Assembly: GCA_050013475.1 (NCBI GenBank)
Contig: JBEKFE010000010.1
Span: forward strand, 64,898 to 128,897
Source of the DNA: Bacteroidales bacterium
GTDB taxonomy: Bacteria > Bacteroidota > Bacteroidia > Bacteroidales > VadinHA17
DNA length: 64,000 nucleotides
Direction of reading: 5' to 3'
A program made the position numbers and the translations under genes. A model generated the notes under the pieces. That model did not search any database and was not told the origin of the DNA. It saw only the letters and a program-made list of their open reading frames with translations. Of this stretch, positions 46,578 through 56,108 are shown piece after piece (position 1 is the first letter of the stretch; each line of letters starts with the position of its first letter).

Positions 46578-49500
46578 ATGGGAATTTTCCAGGCTATATA
46601 TAAATACTTCAGGAATAACAGATTATTCTTTATTTTATCTATTGCTGTCGTTTCTATTCTGGCCGTTTACCTCGATACCAGGATTGTTCTTGAAGAGGAC
46701 ATCTCCAGATCGTTCATTGGCGAAAATGAAAAAACCTCTGCAATTCTCAGGAACTCTCAATTTGTAAACAAAATAATCCTTAATATATTCAGTGCTGATA
46801 GTCTTAATCCTCCAGATCCGGATAAGCTTACAGCATTTGCTGACGAACTGACTGACTCGTTGAAGAAAAGTAACTTCGCACATCATCTTAGCCGGTCTGT
46901 TTTTCACATTGATGACAGCACTGTTGCAGAAGCCATCAATTTGATTTATGAAAATCTTCCTTTATTTCTTGAAGACAACGATTACTCCAGGATTGACAGC
47001 CTTTTAACGGAAGAATCAATTACCAGATCGCTTGAACGGGATTTCAGGGCATTAATTACTCCGGCCGGTTTTGGCCTTAAAAAATACATTCTGCTGGATC
47101 CAGTCGGCATCAGCTCAATAGCTCTTTCCAAAATGAAACAACTTCGTACTGAAGAGAGTTTCGATATCATAAACGGGTACATTTTTGCAAATAATAAAAG
47201 GAATCTTCTGCTAATCCTTAACCCCAGGAGCCCATCAAGTGAGACACAACAGAATACGGTGCTATTCAAAAAGCTTGACAACCTTCTGGGATACATGCAG
47301 GCAAAAAACGGATTTTCAATCAGGGCCGAGTATTTCGGATCCCCGGCTGTAGCAGTTGGAAATGCTGAACAGATAAAGAAGGATATTGCCATCACAGTTA
47401 CAGTTGCTGTAATTATTATATTACTCTTTATTGGCTTGTTCTTCAGGGATAAATACATTCCATTCATAAGTTTTCTTCCGGCAATCTTCGGAGGAATCCT
47501 TGCATTGGCTATAATTTATCTCATCAAGGGAAAGATATCCACCATTGCCCTTTCAATCGGATCAGTTCTGCTTGGTCTGATAGTTGATTATAGCTTATAT
47601 TTTTACAGCCTTTATGCTAAAAAGAAGTCGGTTTCCCTGGTCCTTAAGGATTTGGCAATGCCGTTGATATTATGTTCTCTCACATCTTCAGTAGCATTCT
47701 TCAGTCTCCTGTTCGTCAAATCGGAGGTGTTGAGGGATTTAGGTCTATTTGCCGGATTCAGTATTCTGGGTGCTGCCGTTTTTTCACTTATTATTCTTCC
47801 TCAGATAATTGGACAAAACAAAAATCATTCCGAAGACCATAAAGAACCACTGAAGCTCAGTATATTCTCCAATGAATCAAGATTACCACGCTACTCACTG
47901 TTTGCCATAATTGGGATCACTATATTCCTGCTTTTCTTTAATAAGGGCGAAGAATTTGAAACGGATATGTACTCGATGAATTATCTCTCATCTTCACTTA
48001 AGAGAGCAGAAAAAGATCTGGGAAAAGTTAATGATCTTTCGTTAAAGTCAGTATATGTTTTCTCAACCGGGAAAAGCCTGGACCAGGCTTTATCGGTAAA
48101 TTCAGGTGCCGTATCACTCCTTCAGAAATTAAAAGAGGACAATATTGTTAAGAAATATACGAATGCCGGAGCATTACTTATCAACGATTCGGTACAAAGA
48201 GCAAGGATCCGGAAGTGGAACAGCTACTGGTCAGATACCAGAAAGGAAAAAGTGAAAGAAATGATGCTGACAAAGGGAAAACTGTTAGGATTCAATGAAT
48301 CTGCATTCACTAAATTCTTCTCCTTTATTGACGGTGATTATTCACCATCGAGCCTTGATAATTTTAAACCTATTCAGACACTATTTCTCAGCGAGATGAT
48401 AGCCGAGATCAATGGCTCTTATTATGTGATGTCGATAGTTAAAGTCAATAATGCTGACAGAGCTAAGGTTGCTGCTGCGCTGAATGGGGAAAAGAATGTG
48501 ATCATTCTCGATACAAATGAAATGACCAGTAAACTTGTCAGGGATATTAAGAATGATTTCGCTTTGCTGGTAAAATTATGTCTGGTCTTTGTCACAATTA
48601 CCCTGATAATTGCAATGGGCAGATTTGAAACAGGATTAATTGCCGCAATTCCTATGCTTGTAAGCTGGCTCTGGACTCTTGGATTCATGGGTATAACCGG
48701 GATAAAATTCAATATTTTCAATATAATAGTATCAACCTTCGTCTTTGGACTGGGCGTTGACTACAGTATCCTGATGATGCAGGGACTATTGCTGGAGTAT
48801 AAGTATGGACAGAAAGATCTGAGCGCCTATAAAACTTCTATTTTCCTCTCATCCTTTACCACTATCGTCGGGGTAGGGGTCTTAATGCTTACCAGACATC
48901 CTGCCCTAAACTCGATCTCATTGATTTCAGTCGTCGGGCTTATAACGGTAGTTCTCTTCTCATACCTCACCGAACCGATCCTCTTCAGATGGCTGGTTGA
49001 GAAAAAAGGGAAGAAAAGAATTCTCCCCGTGACCCTGGCAGATATCTTAACCACTATTATTTCTCTCTCTGTCGGACTGATTATGTGCATCATACTGAAC
49101 TTGTTCTTCTTGTTGGTCTTCCCGCTTCCGATTTCAGCAAAATCAAAAAGAAGAATCCTTCACCGCGGATTATTTTTATGTATCAAAATTGCAACCGGAG
49201 GATTGATAACCATTAAGACCCGGACAATAAATGAGCAGAATGAAGATTTCAACAAACCTGCCATAATTATTTCGAATCATCAATCTCATCTCGACCTGCC
49301 GCTTTTACTCATGCTGAGTCACAAAATAATCGTACTTACCACCAAATGGGTCTGGAATAATCCATTGTATGCACTCGTTATCCGGTATCTAAGATTTTAC
49401 TCCGTTACAGATGGCTATGAATCACTTATTCCCAGGTTAAACCAGAAAAATGTTGAAGGATATTCCATCCTGGTTTTCCCTGAAGGAACGCGTTCTCCTG

Positions 49501-50411
49501 ATTCAACCATAAAGCGATTTCACAAGGGGGCTTTCCTCCTGGCTGAAAAACTGAACCTGGATATATTGCCCATACTTATTCACGGAGCAGGTCATTGCAT
49601 GACTAAAGGTGAAAATCACCTGAAGAGTGGTTCTTTAACGATAAAAATCCTGCCAAGAATAAAACCTGAAGATACGGAATTCGGCAGCGACTATCATGAA
49701 CGCACCAAAGCTGTACAGGAATACCTCCGTAGTGAATTCAGGCTGCTAAGTTCGGAACTTGAAACGCCAAAATATTTCCATAAGAAACTAATCAGGAATT
49801 ATATCTATAAGGGACCCGTCCTGGAATGGTACGTCAGGATTAAACTTCTTCTTGAAAATGACTATTCAATTATCAATAAAGTCATTCCGGCGGATGCACA
49901 CATTGTTGACATTGGCTGCGGTTACGGGATGATATCATATATGCTCGCGTTTACATCTGAAAAGAGGAAAATACTTGGCATTGATTATGATGACGACAAA
50001 ATAAGGCTTGCAAATCACTGTATCTCAAAGACAGATAAAATAGACTTCGTTTCCGCTGATGCTGTAACATTTGATTACCCGAATGCTGATGTCTTTCTGC
50101 TCTATGATATGTTGCACTACGTACCTGAAGAACAGCAGGAAGGACTACTTCTGAAATGCATTGACCGGCTCAATCAAGGGGGTATTATTATCATCCGGGA
50201 TGCCAATACAGAACTTAAAAAGAGACACCTCCGAACCGAGTACACTGAATTCTTCTCAACCAGGTCCGGCTTCAATAAATCACCTGGCAGGAATCTATAT
50301 TTCTTCCCGGAGGGTAAAATACGTGAAATTTTTACCAGGAACAACATGGAAGTGAAAACTATAGACGAATCAAATCTGACTTCCAATATTCTGTATATTA
50401 TCAGTAGATAG
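46578..50411 (+). CDS. Trifunctional fusion: MMPL/RND-like exporter, PlsC-type lysophospholipid acyltransferase and class I SAM methyltransferase
   Basis: 1277 aa. The first ~800 aa are two blocks of multiple TM helices separated by soluble loops (MMPL-like). The acyltransferase part has NHQSHLD (HX4D) and FPEGTRS. The methyltransferase part has VDIGCGYGMISYML (motif I) and IIIRD. Confidence 0.85.
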   Translation: MGIFQAIYKYFRNNRLFFILSIAVVSILAVYLDTRIVLEEDISRSFIGENEKTSAILRNSQFVNKIILNIFSADSLNPPDPDKLTAFADELTDSLKKSNFAHHLSRSVFHIDDSTVAEAINLIYENLPLFLEDNDYSRIDSLLTEESITRSLERDFRALITPAGFGLKKYILLDPVGISSIALSKMKQLRTEESFDIINGYIFANNKRNLLLILNPRSPSSETQQNTVLFKKLDNLLGYMQAKNGFSIRAEYFGSPAVAVGNAEQIKKDIAITVTVAVIIILLFIGLFFRDKYIPFISFLPAIFGGILALAIIYLIKGKISTIALSIGSVLLGLIVDYSLYFYSLYAKKKSVSLVLKDLAMPLILCSLTSSVAFFSLLFVKSEVLRDLGLFAGFSILGAAVFSLIILPQIIGQNKNHSEDHKEPLKLSIFSNESRLPRYSLFAIIGITIFLLFFNKGEEFETDMYSMNYLSSSLKRAEKDLGKVNDLSLKSVYVFSTGKSLDQALSVNSGAVSLLQKLKEDNIVKKYTNAGALLINDSVQRARIRKWNSYWSDTRKEKVKEMMLTKGKLLGFNESAFTKFFSFIDGDYSPSSLDNFKPIQTLFLSEMIAEINGSYYVMSIVKVNNADRAKVAAALNGEKNVIILDTNEMTSKLVRDIKNDFALLVKLCLVFVTITLIIAMGRFETGLIAAIPMLVSWLWTLGFMGITGIKFNIFNIIVSTFVFGLGVDYSILMMQGLLLEYKYGQKDLSAYKTSIFLSSFTTIVGVGVLMLTRHPALNSISLISVVGLITVVLFSYLTEPILFRWLVEKKGKKRILPVTLADILTTIISLSVGLIMCIILNLFFLLVFPLPISAKSKRRILHRGLFLCIKIATGGLITIKTRTINEQNEDFNKPAIIISNHQSHLDLPLLLMLSHKIIVLTTKWVWNNPLYALVIRYLRFYSVTDGYESLIPRLNQKNVEGYSILVFPEGTRSPDSTIKRFHKGAFLLAEKLNLDILPILIHGAGHCMTKGENHLKSGSLTIKILPRIKPEDTEFGSDYHERTKAVQEYLRSEFRLLSSELETPKYFHKKLIRNYIYKGPVLEWYVRIKLLLENDYSIINKVIPADAHIVDIGCGYGMISYMLAFTSEKRKILGIDYDDDKIRLANHCISKTDKIDFVSADAVTFDYPNADVFLLYDMLHYVPEEQQEGLLLKCIDRLNQGGIIIIRDANTELKKRHLRTEYTEFFSTRSGFNKSPGRNLYFFPEGKIREIFTRNNMEVKTIDESNLTSNILYIISR

Positions 50412-50520
50412 TGATTTTATCCTGCTGTAAATCAAACCTGGCTGGTTATTGAATTAAACCGGGACCTGTTGTTTTTCAGACTGATACCTTAACAGTTAGA
50501 TTACCATTAAATATAAAATT

Positions 50521-50672
50521 GAGTCCACTCCGAAAAGTATTTTTTTGCCACCAAGGGACTAAGGCACCAAGTTGCACTAAGAATATGTTATTAAAAATGA
50601 GTTCTTTGTGAACCTTAGTGTCTTCATGTCTTTGTGGCTATTGCATTTGTTTGGACTTTTCGGAGCGGACTC
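50521..50672. repeat. Nested inverted-repeat (MITE/REP-like) element between convergent genes
   Basis: The outer 18-bp arms are gagtccactccgaaaagt (50521-50538) and acttttcggagcggactc (50655-50672), with 1 mismatch. An inner imperfect inverted pair is gccaccaagggactaaggcaccaag / cttagtgtcttcatgtctttgtggc. Confidence 0.7.
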
Positions 50673-50676
50673 AAAA

Positions 50677-53181
50677 TCAGAATCTGAAAACTCCGCTGAT
50701 TTTTATCCCGAATGGTCTGACACCCGGATTTTTCAGCCATGTCAGACGATGTATGAAGTCAATTCTGAGAAATCTGAAAATATTTTCCACCCCGTAAGAA
50801 ATCTCGATATATGGTTTATCATAAGACAGGGATTGGAATTTTGTCAACGGATTACCGTTTATTGAATCCGGCAATATTGCATCTTTGTTATTTATTGGAT
50901 CATAAAAGCCATTCTGTTTATAATTGAAGCTACCGAATGCACACCGGCCTCCCACGACAGTACGCCATTGAAGTTTTTTAATCAACGGGAATTTGTTGAG
51001 AATAAAACCATTCATGTGGTAGTTCAGGTTCAGCTCCAAAGCCTCATTCTGGACAAACTCGTCATAGTTCATTAAATTAAAGGTGCGGTTGGTTCTGAAA
51101 ATTGACTGATTGCCGGCCAGAACAATCAGCAGAGGATATGGCAGCTGATTCATCACTTTAGAGTAAGTGAATTCATATCCGATGCTTCCGAGCCCGCCTA
51201 TATTGAATCTGTGCATTATATTGGCAACTATTTTATTATAATTGAATTCACCATCAAGAAATCCTTTGAATCCTCTGTCGTATTCAATGGTGAAAACAGG
51301 ATATTTATTGAAATTGACCGGAAACCTTCTTATCCCATCAAGTACATATACAGCCTTAGGCTGATATCTGAGTATGAAAGCAAGCTCTCCGGTAACATAG
51401 TTTGACTTGACAGTACTTCCCAGGTCAGTATACCATCCAAAATAATAACCAGGGCCGACCGGATCAAAGGTTTTCTGTGAAAGAATGATCTTACCGGAAA
51501 GTCCGAACAGAAGGTCAGATTCAATCCAGAACCTGGAGATCCTTGTCCTGTCCCTCATTGGAGCGTTACCTGCTTAGGACAGATATTCCAGGAATGTATC
51601 CGGGAAATAGAACTCATCAGGTGCTCCAACATGTTCAACATCAGATTTATACTGAATGCCAGTTTTAGCCCAGTGTTCAGTATTAAGAAAATATTCAGTT
51701 CTGAATGAGCCTTTAATACGATTATCGAGAAATCCGTATGCCAGATATCCATCGATCACCCATCTGGAGCTGAATGTGATATTAGTCCTGCCTCCGAGCC
51801 GGAAACGGTTGCCCTCGAAATTATTATGATTATAGAGAAGCAAATATGGGCCCAGTTCCAGCCAGCCGGTATTATAATATCCTTTTACAGAAGCCTCCAC
51901 AACCTTTGCTGGAGTTTTAAACTTACTTTTCTCCTTCATTGATTCTATCCGCTGCATTGCAAGACTATCGATACTCTCCATTGAAATTTCCCGGTTTGAA
52001 TCCCAGTAATTCTTATCATTGATGTTGCCGGTATTGCTGATCTTTAATTCTGAAAAGAAATATCCCGGGTTCTCAGGTTCGTTTACAATAATTTTTGATT
52101 TCTGAGAATAATTGACAGCAAATATATTTACAGCATCCGTCATCAGCCGTGTTCGCACAGGAATCCAGACCCCCTGGCCAACCTGTTCATAATCCTGCTG
52201 GATCTTTAGCCTGTTTATAAAATTAAGTTCAGCCTTATCAGTTATTGTGACCGATATCCTTTTCAGTGCAAATGTCGTATCAGTTATCCAGAATGTCCCG
52301 TGGAAGACCGGATCTTCTTCCCTTTTAGGCTTGAACTGGATCTCATAGCAAAAGAACCTGTTATCGATGAGAATGCTGTCAGTCAGATAATATTTATAAT
52401 ATAACAGCCCTGATCTGGAAAGAGGTGAAATAAAACTCTTATTTATTATTTCAACCGTATTATCGGGGAAGTACAAATCCTCTTGTTTGGAGACCAGCTG
52501 CGCCAGCAGATCTGTATTTTCAAAAGCCAGACCATCCGATCGGGTTGCTTTTATATGAGTATATAATCGTCTGGGAGATCCTGATAAAAAGTTGTCGCTC
52601 AATGATTCTGTAAAATATACAGGAAGAACCGGCAGGTTACCCACTTGCGTGATTGAGAATTTGTCAAACTCCCTGGAGATAGCATTATGCCTGCCTGTAC
52701 TATCACTTTTATTCCTGAATTTTCTCAGTAGAACTATTGTGCGTGAGTAGTTTTCATAGCGGCATGATGAAAGGTTGTACATGCTGTTGCGATCCTTCCG
52801 GGCCCAGAATTTTCTGAGAATGATATGTGCCGGATTTTCACCCGGTGTAACCCTTACCTCAGGGAGAGAATAGATTGAGGGATGAAGCTGAACATCAATA
52901 GTGACTGCAGCATCTTTACTGATCGGGATTGTTTGGGTCTCATAACCCAGGAATGAGACTACTATCGAATCTGCTTTTATTTTTGTTACAAGGATATAGG
53001 AACCGTCAAACTGGGATCTTACACCAGTTGTCGTGCCTTTAAGTACTATATCCGCAAATGCTATCGGTTCAGATGTTTGATCATCAGTGATCCTGCCTGT
53101 TATCCTGATTTGTCCGGAAGCATTACCCGGAAAGATTCCGACCAGGAGTAAGACCAGTATCAGGTACAAAAATCTGGTCAT
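50677..53181 (-). pseudogene. CarboxypepD_reg + DUF5686-like outer-membrane protein gene interrupted by one in-frame TAA
   Basis: ORFs 51574..53181 (535 aa; signal peptide, GRITDDQTSEPIAFADIVLKGT...) and 50677..51558 (293 aa; ends ...KISGVFRF) are in the same frame. They are separated only by TAA (51576-51574) plus 5 sense codons: ...FLEYLS*AGNAPMRDRT.... The combined length of about 834 aa matches a single DUF5686-type protein. Confidence 0.6.
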
Positions 53182-53297
53182 TTCATATTGTTAAAAGGAA
53201 GATCTGACTTTATTCAATTCCTAAATCTTAACTAACTCTTGGATCTTTATTTCTGCAAATCAAACTGAACATGCCATTGAAAAATCAGAGATCCTCC

Positions 53298-54431
53298 TTA
53301 TGCCCGGGCATTTAAGACAGGGTTTGCATATATCTTCAGGAATAATTTTCTGACAGTCGCTTTATTCCCCTCGATGTTTTCGGTCTGAGATTCCATGTAC
53401 TTAAGAAATCCCTGTAAATCTTCCGGAGTATAATATTCCCGGTATTGCTGGCTCTCAAGCAGCAAATCGCACGCGATGTAGTTATTTGGCCATAGTTTGA
53501 AATGACTGAAAATCTCTCTGTCGATTGACTGGGCAAGCATGTTTATTTTACTGTTTAGAGTATCCTTCTTGTCAGGATTGCTTTCCCGGAAATTCAGCGG
53601 CTTGCAGACCGTCATATGAATTCTTCCCTTTGGTTGGTTAATCCCGGTCAAAATGCTCATCAGATCTTCACCTGGTTTTTTCTGGTATGTACCATTAATT
53701 GCAGTTTCAAGTAATTCCTTTATTTTAAGGGAACAACATGGTTCATATTCATACGATATCACCAGAGGCACAATATTTAGCTCTTTGAAGGATTCGGTGA
53801 AATTACTCCTGCTGCTCATGTTGAACATTTTGAGTAACCCCGGTTCTGTTTTGTCGCAACCGTCCTTTGTCCGACCAGGCCTTTGTGCAATCCAGATCGA
53901 ATTTCCCTTGACAGTTACAGTGTGCCTGATATAGGCTGAGAGAATTTCTGAGTTTCTGATGAGTTCTGCCTTGTTGTATCCTCTGACAACCTTGAACATT
54001 CTATTTACTTTACCCAGGTCAATAATAAACTGATTACTCATCAGATTGCTTCCAAAGGTAATTTCCGAAGTATCATGCTTATGGTCGAGAAGGAGGACCT
54101 GGAGAATGGCGGAATCCAGAACGATGTCTCTGTGATTTCCGACAAACAGGTACGATTTCCCCGGCGTCAGGTTTTCGAAACCATCAGAAGTGAGACCATC
54201 CGATGTTCTTCCCACAATGGAATAAACGAGAGGATACATGAATCTGACCTGAAAATCCCTCACAGTATAAGTATCAGCCAGCAAAGCTTTTAACTGGCTT
54301 TTGTCCTCATTCGGGAAAAAAGTATCAAGAATTGTATCAAAAGCTGGATTTACAATTATCCGATTAAGTGCTGCGTTTATCTCAATGTCGTGGTAGGGAC
54401 GGATATCCTCAAAATCATTTTCTCTGATCAT
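53298..54431 (-). CDS. Glycerolipid (PlsC-like) acyltransferase family protein
   Basis: ORF 53298..54467. The likely start is MIRENDFEDIRPY at 54431. FVGNHRDIVLDSA resembles acyltransferase block I, and IAQRPGRTKDG resembles block III. The block I spacing is not a textbook HX4D, so the subfamily is uncertain. Confidence 0.65.
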   Translation of the reverse strand: MIRENDFEDIRPYHDIEINAALNRIIVNPAFDTILDTFFPNEDKSQLKALLADTYTVRDFQVRFMYPLVYSIVGRTSDGLTSDGFENLTPGKSYLFVGNHRDIVLDSAILQVLLLDHKHDTSEITFGSNLMSNQFIIDLGKVNRMFKVVRGYNKAELIRNSEILSAYIRHTVTVKGNSIWIAQRPGRTKDGCDKTEPGLLKMFNMSSRSNFTESFKELNIVPLVISYEYEPCCSLKIKELLETAINGTYQKKPGEDLMSILTGINQPKGRIHMTVCKPLNFRESNPDKKDTLNSKINMLAQSIDREIFSHFKLWPNNYIACDLLLESQQYREYYTPEDLQGFLKYMESQTENIEGNKATVRKLFLKIYANPVLNARA

Positions 54432-54597
54432 TACTGGTTTATTTTCTAAAAAACTACAACCCAACATCTAAATTCATGCTAATTAACAAAGTTGAAACCT
54501 GGATCATTCTTCACGGTTTTTTTCCTGGCTGTTCCGTAAAAATAATCATAATTTATTAACTTCGCTAATCTTAAAACTGACCAGCCATTGGAAATCC

Positions 54598-56085
54598 ATG
54601 AAATTTGATGTTGTCATTATAGGAAGCGGTTTAGGAGGCCTGCTATGCGCAAATATTTTATGCAAGGAAGGCTATAATGTGTGTATCATTGAAAAGAATG
54701 GGAAACTTGGTGGATCGCTTCAGACTTTCGGAAGAAGAGCAACCATTTTCAATACCGGGCTGAACTATACTGAAAGCCTCGAAAAGGGTCAAATTCTTTA
54801 CCAGTACTTTCGTTATTTTGGTCTTATCGGGAAGATCAAACTAAAAAAACTTGATGAGGAGGGGTTCGATATCATTAGTTTTCCGGATACACGGTATAAA
54901 CTCGCAATGGGCCACGATAACTATAAGGAGTCACTCCTGAGTCATTTCCCGGGTGAAAGAGATAGCCTCTCACGCTACCTTCAGAAAATAAAAGAAATAT
55001 GTTCCTCCATCTCATTATATAATCTGACGGACGAACCTTACTCTGTTTATCGCAACGATTCCCTGGGTGTCGGCGCTGCAGATTACATCAACTCTGAAAT
55101 AAAGGATGAGAGATTACGGAATATAATTGCGGGAAACGGTTTAATGTACAATGGCCATCCAAAAAAGACACCCCTGATGATCCATGCCGTGATCAATCAT
55201 TCATTTATTGAAAGCGCATGGAGGATTGTCGACGGGAGTCATACCGTAGTAGATGTTCTGGCCGACAACATTTTAAATTACGGAGGAACAATCCGCCGGA
55301 AGGCGAAAGGAGAAAAATTCATCACAGTGAATAATCATATTGAATCCGTGCAGCTTGATACTGGTGAAACCCTTGAGGCGAAATATTTTATTTCAAATAC
55401 TCATCCTGAACAGGTCCTGAAAATGCTTGGGGATATTAAAAGCACCAGGATTCTTTCCGAAAGGGTCAATAACCTTGAAGATACCCTGGGAATGTTCACA
55501 CTTTACATAGTTTTTAAAAAGAATTCTTTCCCGTATTTAAACTACAACCTTTATCATTATAATCAGGATAACACGTGGGTTGCAGGCGATTATAATCCTT
55601 CGATCTGGCCCCAGGTTTACGTTTTCATGACAACAGCTACCTCAAGGACTGAATATTATGCCGAAAATGCGACTGTGATAACCTATATGGCGTTTGATGA
55701 GCTTTCAAAATGGATAAATACTTTTACCGGGCAGCGCGGCAACGAATATCTCGAGTTTAAACAGAAGAAAGCAGAACTTTTGCTGTGTCAGCTGGAAAAA
55801 CAATTTCCAGGCTTCATGAGCTGTGTGGATTCCACTTATTCGTCCACTCCTCTTACCTGGCGTGACTATACCGGAACCAGATCCGGCTCTGCATTTGGTC
55901 TGCTAAAAGATTATAATAAACCGATAGAATCTTTCCTGATGCCACAGACAAGAATACCTAATCTGTTTCTTACCGGCCAGAATATAAATGTCCATGGAAT
56001 ACTTGGTGTAACAATAAGTTCGGTTCTGTCCTGTGGAGGAATCCTGGATGTGAATGAACTTATTAAAAAGATCCGTAATGCTTAA
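54598..56085 (+). CDS. NAD(P)/FAD-dependent oxidoreductase, phytoene-desaturase (CrtI)-like, paralog 1
   Basis: 495 aa. The dinucleotide-binding motif is DVVIIGSGLGGLLCA...IEKNGKLGG. The C-terminal FLTGQNINVHGILG is shared with the next ORF. Confidence 0.85.
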   Translation: MKFDVVIIGSGLGGLLCANILCKEGYNVCIIEKNGKLGGSLQTFGRRATIFNTGLNYTESLEKGQILYQYFRYFGLIGKIKLKKLDEEGFDIISFPDTRYKLAMGHDNYKESLLSHFPGERDSLSRYLQKIKEICSSISLYNLTDEPYSVYRNDSLGVGAADYINSEIKDERLRNIIAGNGLMYNGHPKKTPLMIHAVINHSFIESAWRIVDGSHTVVDVLADNILNYGGTIRRKAKGEKFITVNNHIESVQLDTGETLEAKYFISNTHPEQVLKMLGDIKSTRILSERVNNLEDTLGMFTLYIVFKKNSFPYLNYNLYHYNQDNTWVAGDYNPSIWPQVYVFMTTATSRTEYYAENATVITYMAFDELSKWINTFTGQRGNEYLEFKQKKAELLLCQLEKQFPGFMSCVDSTYSSTPLTWRDYTGTRSGSAFGLLKDYNKPIESFLMPQTRIPNLFLTGQNINVHGILGVTISSVLSCGGILDVNELIKKIRNA

Positions 56086-56108
56086 ATTCTTAACCATATA
56101 TCTTTCTG

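Noticed and set aside
51574-51576. TAA reassignment or programmed recoding as the explanation for the in-frame stop
   Set aside because: Many confidently called genes in this window terminate at TAA (for example 433, 5944, 6514, 8330). Genome-wide reassignment is therefore excluded. I saw no obvious recoding signal, so a nonsense mutation or sequence error is more parsimonious.
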